The position numbers were made by a program, and so were the translations under genes. A DNA stretch of 64,000 bases, from NCBI GenBank assembly GCA_017994695.1, contig JAGOKF010000002.1:21643-85642 (forward strand). The letters are read 5' to 3'. The notes beneath the pieces were generated by a model, which was not told the DNA's origin, did not search any database, and saw only the letters and a program-made list of their open reading frames with translations. This DNA is from Myxococcota bacterium. Its GTDB lineage: Bacteria; Myxococcota_A; UBA9042; DTJE01. Position 1 is the first letter of the stretch, and the number at the start of each line of letters is the position of its first letter. Below are positions 32,129-42,570 of this stretch, piece after piece.

Positions 32129-33028
32129 ATGGCCGCCGATCATCCGCCCCGGGGCGTTCCCGGCCGCCGCCTCGAGTGGGCCCTGGCACTGCTCGGGTCC
32201 TTCATGGTCGTCGAGGTGGTCGGGGGCTGGTGGACCGGATCCCTGGCCCTCCTGTCCGACGCCGGGCACATGGCCTCGGACGTCGCCGCCCTGGTCCTGG
32301 CCCTGCTGGCCGCCCGGATCGCCCGCCGTTCCCCGACCCCCCGCCAGACCTACGGATTCCACCGGGCCGAGGTGCTGGCGGCCCTGATCAACGCATCGGC
32401 CCTGATGGCCGTCGCCGCCTCGGTGTGCTCGGAAGCGGTCCACCGCCTCCGGTCGCCCCCGGAGGTCCTCGGGGGGCCGATGCTGGTCATCGCCGCCGGG
32501 GGACTCGCGGTCAACGCCGGGGCCCTGGCGCTGCTGGGGGGACACCACCGGCACGGCCTGAACGTCCGCGCCGCCTTCCTGCACCTGGTCGGGGACACCC
32601 TCGGAAGTTTGGGCGCGGTGGCCTCGGGAATCGCCGTGACGGCGTGGGACGCCCGCTGGGCGGACCCGGCCGTCTCGATCTTCATCGCGCTGCTGCTGGT
32701 GGTGTCGGGCCTCCGCCTGCTCCGGGAGGTGCTGGACATCCTGATGGAGGGGATGCCCCGCCACCTGGACCCCGACGGACTCCGGGATCGGATCCTGGCG
32801 ACCCCGGGAGTCCGGTCCTTCCACGACCTCCATGTCTGGACCCTCTCGTCGGGACGGGAGGTCCTGTCGTGCCACCTCGTGACGGACGGCACCCGGCCCC
32901 CGGAGGCGGTGCGCCGGGCGATCCGGGAGGCGCTGGAACCCCTGGGCCTCCGGCACCTCACCGTTCAGATCGAAGAGGCGGACTGCGGGGAGGATTGCGC
33001 CTCCGGTCCCGTCTCCCCGGGCGGCTGA
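32129..33028 (+). CDS. Cation diffusion facilitator (CDF) family metal efflux transporter
   Basis: Six transmembrane segments with 'HMASDVAA' and 'HLVGDTLGS', plus a C-terminal cytoplasmic domain ending in a His/Cys tail. Confidence 0.85.
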   Translation: MAADHPPRGVPGRRLEWALALLGSFMVVEVVGGWWTGSLALLSDAGHMASDVAALVLALLAARIARRSPTPRQTYGFHRAEVLAALINASALMAVAASVCSEAVHRLRSPPEVLGGPMLVIAAGGLAVNAGALALLGGHHRHGLNVRAAFLHLVGDTLGSLGAVASGIAVTAWDARWADPAVSIFIALLLVVSGLRLLREVLDILMEGMPRHLDPDGLRDRILATPGVRSFHDLHVWTLSSGREVLSCHLVTDGTRPPEAVRRAIREALEPLGLRHLTVQIEEADCGEDCASGPVSPGG

Positions 33029-33029
33029 C

Positions 33030-33593
33030 TCAGCGGTCTTCCTGCCCGGACGGGGCGTCGGGGTCGTAGAGGAACAACGGTCCCCGGACGGACTCCTTCA
33101 GTTCCCGCCCGAAGCGCCGTCGCCAGTCCTCCTGGAACAGCCACCGGCGCAGGATCCCGCGAAGCCACAGCACCTCGTCCAGGTTCATCCGGTCCAGCAG
33201 GCGGGGCGGACGGTAGCGCAGGTGCCGGAGTTCCCGGATCGTCTCCTCCGCCCGGGAATCCCTCACCTCGAGGACCTCCAGGGGCACCCCCTCCTCCTCG
33301 GGCCGCTCCACCCGCCCGATGTTCCGGAGGAAGTACTGGGGGCAGAGGTTCTCCAGGTGCCCGTCGATCCCCTCGGGGCGTTCCAGGGCCCTCTGCTGCA
33401 CCGGCCGGACCCGGATCCGCCCTGCGCGCCGGATCAGCCCCCGGATCCGCCGATAGTTCGGGCGGTCCTCGATGGAGGGACGCTCCGGGGTCCTCTCGAC
33501 GGGCAGGGGACGCTCCAGGCGCCCCGCCAGGCGCCGGGCGAAGGCCTCGGGTCGCAGGGTCAGGGGCCCCGGTGTCCGTCCGTCGTGCTCCAC
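33030..33593 (-). CDS. Arg-rich hypothetical protein (last gene of the Ycf46-like operon)
   Basis: No motif was recognised. It sits 15 nt downstream of the DUF2997 gene on the same strand. Confidence 0.4.
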   Translation of the reverse strand: MEHDGRTPGPLTLRPEAFARRLAGRLERPLPVERTPERPSIEDRPNYRRIRGLIRRAGRIRVRPVQQRALERPEGIDGHLENLCPQYFLRNIGRVERPEEEGVPLEVLEVRDSRAEETIRELRHLRYRPPRLLDRMNLDEVLWLRGILRRWLFQEDWRRRFGRELKESVRGPLFLYDPDAPSGQEDR

Positions 33594-33608
33594 CCGGCCC
33601 CCTCGCGA

Positions 33609-33818
33609 CTACTTCTGGCCGACCCGGACGTGTTCCCGTTCGGCCTCGGTCTCCCGGACCTCTTCCTGGTAGTACTCCCCGGTGTGCTCCTGGGCGACCA
33701 GGGCCCCCAGTTCCTCCAGGAACTTCGTGACCTCCTTGCAGGACCGCCCCTTCACGCCCTTCACGCCGAAGGAAAAGGTCCCGTCGGGCCGGATCTCGAT
33801 GTCGATCTGGTGTCCCAT
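33609..33818 (-). CDS. DUF2997-family small protein
   Basis: 'IEIRPDGTFSFGVKGVKGRSCKEVTKFLEELG' matches the DUF2997 pattern. Confidence 0.65.
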   Translation of the reverse strand: MGHQIDIEIRPDGTFSFGVKGVKGRSCKEVTKFLEELGALVAQEHTGEYYQEEVRETEAEREHVRVGQK

Positions 33819-33854
33819 CGATCCCTCCTGGCACGCCCCGGGCCCGGACCCCGG

Positions 33855-34253
33855 TCAGAACTTCTTCACCTGGATGTGGATGGTCTGGTCCGCCGTGGTC
33901 TCCTCCAGGGCCAGCGTGTATCCCCGCTTCTCCAGTTCCTGCTTCACCTTCCGGTGGGTGTACTTCTGGGTCACGAGGCGCACGAAGGCCTGCTCGTCGA
34001 GCCCCCGGGTGGTCTCGACCCCCCACCAGTCGGCGATGAACTGGACCCCCTGGGGACCCACTCGAACGCCCACGTCGTAGGTCTTGCTGACGTGGATCAC
34101 CAGGTCCGCCTCGGTGGTCTGTTTCTGGTACCCCCGGACCTTCAGCCGCTGGCCCTCGGTGGCCTCGGTGAACGCGAATCCCAGGTCGTGGAGGGCCTGC
34201 TTCAGCGTCACGAGGTCGTGGATCTTCGTCTGGACAGTGGTGAAATGGGACAT
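33855..34253 (-). CDS. DUF1257 (Ycf35-like) family protein
   Basis: The DUF1257-like N-terminus is MSHFTTVQTKIHDLVTLKQALHDLGF... Confidence 0.65.
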   Translation of the reverse strand: MSHFTTVQTKIHDLVTLKQALHDLGFAFTEATEGQRLKVRGYQKQTTEADLVIHVSKTYDVGVRVGPQGVQFIADWWGVETTRGLDEQAFVRLVTQKYTHRKVKQELEKRGYTLALEETTADQTIHIQVKKF

Positions 34254-34262
34254 GATCTTCCC

Positions 34263-35824
<1,562 letters not shown>

Positions 35825-35828
<4 letters not shown>

Positions 35829-37711
35829 CCGCCCTCCCGTCCCGCTCCGCCCTCCGCGAGGTCCGCGTCATCGAGGGACTGGCGCAGCACCTGCACGTCC
35901 TTGGCCAGCATGCGCTGCAGGTTCCGCAGCGAGGCGTGGAGTTCCCCGGCGTCCTGGCCCCCGAGGGCCCGCCGGAGGCGATCCGGCCACTCCGCCGGAT
36001 CGGCCCCCAGGGCCTCGATCACCGGCAGGACTTCCCGGATCGTCCCCTGGAGCACCAGCAGGTCCTCCTCCAGGGACTCCACCTGGGCCACGAGCCCCCG
36101 AAGGGCCGGCGAGGCCCCGGCACCGCCCGCCTCCGATCCGCCCTCCGCGGCCTTCCGCTGATCCAGTTCCCGCTGGAGTTCCTCCACCCGCAACGTCAGG
36201 GTCCGCACCTTCTCCGCCGCGGCGGCTCCCTCGGCGGCCACCTGGGCCTGGGTCTCGGTCCCCGCCGCCAGGTCCCGGCGCACCGCGTCCAGGGCCTGGC
36301 TCATGCCCGACACCTTCTCCCGCAGCGCCTCCAGTTCCCGCATCGCCGCCCGGTAGTCCGGGTGGTCCGAGATGTCCTCCTTCTCCAGCCGCCGGACCCG
36401 GGCGGCCTCCTCCAGTTCCCGGAGCCGCGCTTCCAGGTCGTCCCGCTCGGCCCGGATCGCCGCCAGTTCCGCGGCCCCTTCGGCCTGCATGGCCCGCAAC
36501 TCGTCCACCTCGCGGCTCTTCCGGTGGTAGTCGTCCAGCAGCCGCTGCTTCTCCTGCTCCAGATCCGCGATGCCGACGCCCAGGCGGACCTCCCGGATCT
36601 CCCGCTCCTTCCGCTCCAGGTCCCGGCGCATCGACGCCATCAGGTTGCGGTTCTCCTCGATCACCGCCTCCAGGTTCCGCAGTTTCCGCTCCAGGTCCCT
36701 CTGGCGCCCGGCGTCCCCCTTCACGTACTCTTCCAGCCGCTGGGACTCCTCCCGGAGCACCCGGAGGTCGTATTCCCTGCCGTCCAGTTCGCGGCGCAGC
36801 CGCTCGATCTCCCGGTCCTTCTCCGTCAGTCGGACCTTCAGGGACGACATCTCCTCGGAGTTCTGGGTCGTCCGACCCCGGACCGCCTCCAGCTGGGCGC
36901 CCAGGGCCGCCACCTTCTCCCGGAGGTCCGCGGCTTCGGCCTCCCGGTTGGAGAGGTCCGCCCGGGCACCGTCCAGGAGCCCCTGGAGGTGGATGTTCTG
37001 GTCCCGGACGTCCTGGCTCTTCCGGAGAATGCCGTCCATCGCCGCCGCGGCGCTGGCCGCTCGGGACTCGGCGTTCTCGACCCGGCGCTCCGCATCGCCC
37101 AGGAGGCCCTTCAGGTGCCGGACCTCCTCCTCCAGTTCCCGGATCCGGTCCGCCCCCGGTTTCGCGGGGGCCTTCCTCTCGGCCCGGAGGGCCTCGTTCT
37201 CGGCCCGGAGCCGCTGCAACTCCGCCAGCAGCGCCGGGTCCACCCGCAGGCCCGGGTCCAGAATCGGTCGCGGACCGGTCGGCCTCCGGGGGGACTCGTC
37301 CAGCCGCACGGAGGGAACCGGGGACTCCACCCTCTGCGCGACGTCCCGGTCCTCGATGGTGCCGTCCTCGGGAACCCGGATCTCGCGGCTTCCCCGGCCC
37401 GTCCCCCCAGCAGGAGACCTCTCCCGGAAGACCGCCTCGACCTCGCCGAACCGGATCCGGTCCCCGTCCCGGAGCAGCCGCGGCCCGGCCACCGGCTGGT
37501 CGTTGATGCGGCACGGGTTGGTGGAACTCCGGTGGAGGTACTCCCACCCCTCGGGAGTCTTCCGGATACGGCCGTGATCCCGGCTCACCGAGGGGTCTGC
37601 CACCACGATGTGGCAGGTGGGACTCCGACCGACGATGGCCCCTCCCGGAACCTCGGGAATCTCCCTCCGCTGGGGCTTTCCGGAGGCGTCCCTGAATTCG
37701 ATGCTCGCCAT
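35825..37711 (-). CDS. FHA-domain protein with a ~500-aa coiled-coil (SMC-like) region
   Basis: Start at MASIEFRDASGK (cat at 37709-37711). FHA core 'IVGRSPTCHIVVADPSVSRDHGRI'. The remainder is heptad-rich (LRAENEALRAER...). Its stop overlaps the AAA+ gene start by 4 nt. Confidence 0.75.
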
Positions 37712-37813
37712 GGCAGGGAAGGATAGCAGAAGGACCGGGTGTCGAACAGCCGCCAGGGGTATCATCGAGCGGAAGGATCGGGACCCGGCGGAGGGGCGGA
37801 CGTGAACCGGGAG

Positions 37814-38653
37814 ATGGCCATCGCGATCGCGCTGAGCCTGGGACTCCACGGCCTGCTGATCGGTTTTCCGGCAGGGACCGCCGACCGGGCGGAGCCCCCG
37901 GGGCGCCACGGGGGCCCCGTTCCCCTGAAGGTGCTGGGGCCACGGACGGGCCCCGCCGGTCCGGGCAGCCCACGGACGCCGGGCGGATCGCCGGGGCCGG
38001 AAGCGACGGCCCGGGTGCGGGAACCACCACCGGTCGCGACCCAAGACGCGACGGCGCGGCCGCCGACGCTACCAGGCGCGGCCCCCCGCAAGGGTGCCGA
38101 CCGCGGCGGAGGGTCGAGGCCGTCGCGCCTCCTTCCCCCGGCATCCTCGGACCCGGACGAACCGGCCCCCGGTGACCCGCGAGGACCCCCGGGGGCCATC
38201 GCTGCCTCCCAGGATTCGCCCGGCGGAACCGGGGAGGGAAGCGAACGCCTGGAGGGCCTCCCCGTGGCCGGTCCAGGCGGGTCTGGGACGGCGGGAACCT
38301 CCAGGCCGGAGGGTTCGGAGGGGACCGGATCGGAGGCCGGACTCCTCCAGGAGGCCCGGATCCGGTACGCCCTGCACGTCCGCCAGGTCCTGTCCCGATC
38401 CCTGGCATCTCCGGTGGCGCTCCGCAGGCACGGTCCCCCGCCCGAACTGGCCATCCGGCTGCGAATCCGGGAAGACGGGCGCGTCCTGGACGCGGTGCCC
38501 GACGCCCCCTGCGAGGACGAGACGCTCTGTCGCCGTCTCCGGGAGGCCGCCCTGGACCTGGGGGACCTGCCCAGCCCTCCGGGCGGGGCGATGGAGATCC
38601 GCGTCCCGGTGCGGGTGCAGTCCCCCCGTTCCCGCGGACCCGCCGACCGGTGA
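37814..38653 (+). CDS. TonB-family protein (transmembrane anchor, Pro-rich linker, TonB-C-like C-terminal domain)
   Basis: 'MAIAIALSLGLHGLLIGF' TM helix; a P/G-rich spacer; C-terminal 'ARIRYALHVRQVLSRSL...LRIREDGRVLDAV'. Confidence 0.55.
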   Translation: MAIAIALSLGLHGLLIGFPAGTADRAEPPGRHGGPVPLKVLGPRTGPAGPGSPRTPGGSPGPEATARVREPPPVATQDATARPPTLPGAAPRKGADRGGGSRPSRLLPPASSDPDEPAPGDPRGPPGAIAASQDSPGGTGEGSERLEGLPVAGPGGSGTAGTSRPEGSEGTGSEAGLLQEARIRYALHVRQVLSRSLASPVALRRHGPPPELAIRLRIREDGRVLDAVPDAPCEDETLCRRLREAALDLGDLPSPPGGAMEIRVPVRVQSPRSRGPADR

Positions 38654-38692
38654 CGAGCCGCAGGGCCTTTGGGGCTCCCCGGCCGTCCTGCC

Positions 38693-39904
38693 CTAGACCC
38701 GTCGCACGGCCGTCCGGGTGCCCGCTCCCGTCTCCCAGGTCCCTTCCGGTCCGGGTTCCGCCAGGGCGGGGCCGTTCCAGGAGGGCCATTCCTTGTCCTG
38801 GCCGGGGCCGAGGGTGCCCCGGCGGCGCCGGTAGTACCAGGTGGACCGGGGCAGCCCGCTGGCCAGGATCTGGCGCCGGCGTTCCCCCCGGGCCGGCGGC
38901 GGCTGGAAATCGATGGGCCCCCCGCCCATCGCCAGGGCATCCCCCAGCGCCCGTGCGGTGAGGGCCCCGGGTCCGCAGATCCACTCGGCCCTCCGGACCA
39001 CGTTCCGCAGTTCCCGGACGTTTCCGGGCCACGGCCAGCGCCTCAACAGGTCCAGGGCCTCCGGATCCGGCAGTCCCGGGTCCACGGGTCCCCGGCAGAG
39101 GTGGCGGGCCAGGACCGGCAGGTCCTCGGGCCGTTCCCGGAGCGGAGGCACGCGGATCACCAGGCAGGCCAGGCGCTGGATCAGGTCCAACCGCAGCCGA
39201 CCCTCGGACACGGCCCGAGAGAGGTCCCGGTTCGTCGCCGCCAGCACCCGCGTCTCGACCGGGTGACCCTGGTTGCTCCCCAGCCGGGTGACCCGCCCCT
39301 CCTCCAGGCAGCGAAGCACCTTGGCCTGCACCGCTCCGCTGGCCTCGGCCACCTCGTCCAGCAGCAGGGTGCCCCCCGAGGCCGCCTCGAAGGCCCCGGC
39401 CCTCCGGGACACCGCCCCGGTAAAGGCCCCGGGAATCCATCCGAAGAGTTCCCCTTCGGCCAGTTCCCCGGGGATGGCCGCCAGGTTCACCGCGACCCAG
39501 GGCCGCCCGGCCCCGCCCAGGTCGTGGATGGCCCGGGCCAGCAGTTCCTTCCCGGTGCCGGACTCCCCGAGCAGGATCACCGGGTCCCGGGACCCGGCCG
39601 CCAGGACCGCCAGGTGGAACGCCCGGACCAGGCCATCGGACACGCCGACCAGGTTCGGCCCCAGGCGGACCTCGACCCCGAAGGGTCCCGGGGTGGCCGC
39701 CAGGCAGGAGGTGCGGATGCTCCCGAGGATCCGCGCCTCCCCGGGCCCGAAGCGGGTGCCTTCCCCGGACCCCTCCACCAGGACCCCTTCCCGATCCAGG
39801 CGCACCCGCAGCCCGGGCGCCCAGGGCACCTCGGCGAACCGCGGTCCCACCGTCATCCTTCGCAGCCGGCCGTTCACCAGGCCTGCCAGCAGGCACGATT
39901 CCAT
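38693..39904 (-). CDS. Sigma-54-dependent Fis-family transcriptional activator
   Basis: 'LLGESGTGKELLA', 'GELFGW', 'GAFTGA', 'RVLAATN', and a C-terminal Fis-type HTH 'RSTWYYRRRRGTL'. Confidence 0.88.
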   Translation of the reverse strand: MESCLLAGLVNGRLRRMTVGPRFAEVPWAPGLRVRLDREGVLVEGSGEGTRFGPGEARILGSIRTSCLAATPGPFGVEVRLGPNLVGVSDGLVRAFHLAVLAAGSRDPVILLGESGTGKELLARAIHDLGGAGRPWVAVNLAAIPGELAEGELFGWIPGAFTGAVSRRAGAFEAASGGTLLLDEVAEASGAVQAKVLRCLEEGRVTRLGSNQGHPVETRVLAATNRDLSRAVSEGRLRLDLIQRLACLVIRVPPLRERPEDLPVLARHLCRGPVDPGLPDPEALDLLRRWPWPGNVRELRNVVRRAEWICGPGALTARALGDALAMGGGPIDFQPPPARGERRRQILASGLPRSTWYYRRRRGTLGPGQDKEWPSWNGPALAEPGPEGTWETGAGTRTAVRRV

Positions 39905-40061
39905 CGAGCCCTCCCGTCGGTCGCCACGCCTCCCCTATCGTCGGCAGGCCCCCGTCCGTTCCCGGGCCTGACCCGGCGCCGTGACATCCCTGCGACCCGG
40001 AGGGCCCGGTTGCCCCCCGGGACCGCTTCTGGTAGCGTTTTCCCGGTCGGGAGGCCCTGGG

Positions 40062-40379
40062 ATGTTCGGCATCGGCTGGACCGAGATCCTGGTGATCCTG
40101 GTGGTGGCATTGCTGGTCCTGGGACCCGATCGGCTGCCGGGGATCGCCCGGAGCCTGGGCCGGGGACTCCGGGATTTCCGGAAGGCGATGCACGCCCTGG
40201 ACGAGGACGAGGATTCCCCCCGGCCGGCCGGCTGGACGGGCCCCGTCCCGCCCGGGGAGCCGGGAGCCGCCTCGCCGACCCGGACTTCCGCCGCCCCCGA
40301 GGCCTCTTCGGGACCACCCTCCCTCCCCGAATCCCTCCCGGATCCCGGGAAGCGGTCCGACGGCGGGGATCCCCAGTGA
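40062..40379 (+). CDS. tatA: Twin-arginine translocase TatA/TatB-family protein
   Basis: MFGIGWTEILVILVVALLVLGPDRLPGIARSLGRGLRDFRKA. Confidence 0.85.
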   Translation: MFGIGWTEILVILVVALLVLGPDRLPGIARSLGRGLRDFRKAMHALDEDEDSPRPAGWTGPVPPGEPGAASPTRTSAAPEASSGPPSLPESLPDPGKRSDGGDPQ

Positions 40380-40396
40380 CGCAGGGAAAGGCGGGG

Positions 40397-41875
40397 ATGA
40401 TGCGCGACCGGCCGATGACCTTCGGCGATCACCTGGCGGAGTTGCGCAGCCGCCTGCTGAAGTCCGTCGGGGCCCTGGGGCTGGCGTTCCTGGTCGCCTG
40501 GAACTTCCACGAGGCGATCTTCCAATGGATCGCCCGCCCGGTGCTGGCCGGGCTGCGGAACCAGGGGATCCGGCAGCTGCAGGCCCTCCAGGTCACCGAG
40601 ACGGTGATCGCCCACCTCCAGGCGAGCCTGCTCGGAGCGCTGGTGCTGGCGGCGCCGGTGATCTTCTACCAGGCCTGGGCCTTCGTCGCTCCGGGCCTTC
40701 TCCGGCGGGAGAGGCGGATCGTCCTGCCGGTGATCGGCCTCCTGTCGGCCTTCTTCCTGCTGGGCGTGCTCTTCTGCTACTTCGTCTTCCTGCCTCTGGT
40801 CGTGGACTTCCTGGTGGCATTCACCCAGGCCTCCGGGGACGTGACCCTGCAGCCCACGGTCCAGCAGACCTTCCGGCTGGCGGTGGCGTTCCTGGCGGTC
40901 TTCGGCCTGGTCTTCGAACTCCCGCTGCTGATGTTCTTCCTGTCCATGCTGGGGGTGGTCCGGGCGGCCGCGTTCCGCAGGTACGCCCGCTATTTCGTCG
41001 TGTTCTCCTTCGTGATCGGGGCGATCCTGACCCCGCCGGACCCCCTCTCCCAGGTGCTGATGGCCGTTCCGCTGTGCGCGCTGTACCTGGTCGGGGTGGT
41101 CTTCGCGAAGGCCGGGGAGGCCTTCCGGGGGTCGGAACGCACCGCCGGAGCCTCCGTGCTGGCCGTGGGGGTCTTCCTGGCCTTCGCCGGGGCGGTGGGG
41201 GTGGCCGCCTGGTACTGGAACCGCCCCGCGGCACCCGATCTGCTCCCCGGCCTGCCCGGCGGCTGCCTCCGCCTCGACTGCCGGCTCGACTCGCCCCTGG
41301 GCCGGGCCTGCCTCGCCGGACCGGACCACCCGGAGTCCGCGGATTCCGGGCGCCTGGCGTTGGTGGGCACCTCGAAGGACCGCCTGGTGGTGCGGACCGC
41401 GGCGGACCACGAAGAAGACTGCCCCGGCCCGATCGTGGACGGCTTCTGCCTGGTTCAGGGGACGCCGGAGGGGTTCCGGAAGGACGTTCCCGCCCCGGAA
41501 GAACCCGTGCGCATGCACCTCGCGTCCCCCTGCATGGGTCTCCTGTTCCCCGGCCGGACCGGCCCGGAGGGATCGCTGACGCTGTCGCTGGTGGAGGAAC
41601 CGATCCCCCTGGTGACCGCGCGGATCCGGGTCGAGGGGCCCGGGGCAGAGGCCTGGCGATCCCTGGTGGATGGTCTCTCCTCCTCTTCCGATTCCCCTTC
41701 GATCACCCGGTTCCGCGAGTGGGGGGACTGGGAACTGGTCGAGGGCGATCCGGCCCGGCTGGAGGCGGTGGCCGTGATGCTCCCGGGACGCGCCCGGCAG
41801 CGGGTCCGGGACCTGGGGCGCCTCCTCTCGGCGCAGCCCGAGGATCCCCTGCCCTCCCCGGAGGATTCCCGATGA
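40397..41875 (+). CDS. tatC: Twin-arginine translocase TatC with a ~240-aa Cys-containing C-terminal extension
   Basis: The first ~250 aa is a six-TM TatC core ('FGDHLAELRSRLLKS', 'LTPPDPLSQ'). The ORF then continues without a stop for ~240 aa of non-membrane sequence containing CLRLDCRLD...C...DC...C. Confidence 0.8.
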   Translation: MMRDRPMTFGDHLAELRSRLLKSVGALGLAFLVAWNFHEAIFQWIARPVLAGLRNQGIRQLQALQVTETVIAHLQASLLGALVLAAPVIFYQAWAFVAPGLLRRERRIVLPVIGLLSAFFLLGVLFCYFVFLPLVVDFLVAFTQASGDVTLQPTVQQTFRLAVAFLAVFGLVFELPLLMFFLSMLGVVRAAAFRRYARYFVVFSFVIGAILTPPDPLSQVLMAVPLCALYLVGVVFAKAGEAFRGSERTAGASVLAVGVFLAFAGAVGVAAWYWNRPAAPDLLPGLPGGCLRLDCRLDSPLGRACLAGPDHPESADSGRLALVGTSKDRLVVRTAADHEEDCPGPIVDGFCLVQGTPEGFRKDVPAPEEPVRMHLASPCMGLLFPGRTGPEGSLTLSLVEEPIPLVTARIRVEGPGAEAWRSLVDGLSSSSDSPSITRFREWGDWELVEGDPARLEAVAVMLPGRARQRVRDLGRLLSAQPEDPLPSPEDSR

Positions 41876-42570
41876 TCGAGGAACGAAGCCCCCGGGTCCA
41901 TCGCCCCTGGACCCTCCCGGAAGTCCGGGAGCGGCTGCGGTCATCCCGGGGCCCCCTGCACTGGTGGCCCGGGGAGACCCCCTTCGAGGTCGCGGTGGGG
42001 GCCGTGCTGACGCAAAACACCACCTGGACCGGCGTCGAGCGGGTGATCGGCGCCCTGAAGGCCGCGTCCCTGCTGACCCCCGAGGCCCTCGCCGCCCTCC
42101 CCGAGCCGGAACTGGCGGAAATGCTTCGCCCCGTGGGCTACTTCCGGGTCAAGGCCCGTCGCCTGAAGTCCCTGGTGGACTTCCTGGTGCGATGCTGCGA
42201 CGGGGACCCGGCCCGGCTGTCCCGCTGGCCGGTCCTGGAGGCCCGGCGGCGCCTGCTGGAGGTCCACGGCGTCGGCCGGGAGACCGCCGACTCGATTCTC
42301 CTGTACGGCGCCGGGCTCCCGATCTTCGTCATCGATGCCTACACCCGGCGGATCTTCGGGCGGCTCGGCCTGCTGGATCCCGGCCTGGACTACGACCTCC
42401 TGCGGAAGGCCTTTGAGGAGGCCCTCCCCCGGGACGTCGCCCTGTGGAACGACTACCACGCCCAGATCGTGATCCACGGCAAGGAGGTCTGTCGTCCCCG
42501 GCCCCGGTGCGGGGCGTGCGTGCTGGCATCCGGGTGCCCCTCCTGCCTGGAACCGGGAGTCGGGGGATGA
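41872..42570 (+). CDS. Endonuclease III-like HhH-GPD base-excision repair protein
   Basis: 'VLTQNTTWTGVERVI', 'VHGVGRETAD', and a C-terminal C-x5-C-x2-C-x5-C Fe-S loop. The ATG overlaps the tatC stop. Confidence 0.7.
   Translation: MIEERSPRVHRPWTLPEVRERLRSSRGPLHWWPGETPFEVAVGAVLTQNTTWTGVERVIGALKAASLLTPEALAALPEPELAEMLRPVGYFRVKARRLKSLVDFLVRCCDGDPARLSRWPVLEARRRLLEVHGVGRETADSILLYGAGLPIFVIDAYTRRIFGRLGLLDPGLDYDLLRKAFEEALPRDVALWNDYHAQIVIHGKEVCRPRPRCGACVLASGCPSCLEPGVGG

Noticed and set aside
37712-37810. A possible sigma-54 promoter upstream of the FHA/Ycf46 operon.
   Set aside because: The best candidate (tGGcggctgttcGAc) lacks the conserved GC of the -12 element, so there is no convincing match.
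35868-40193. A 1441-aa minus-strand ORF, plus the similar long ORFs 49378..52956 (minus strand) and 56848..60027 (plus strand).
   Set aside because: All are wrong-frame or antisense to recognisable genes (FHA protein, sigma-54 activator, rseP, gatE/gatD), and all have G/P/R-rich junk composition.
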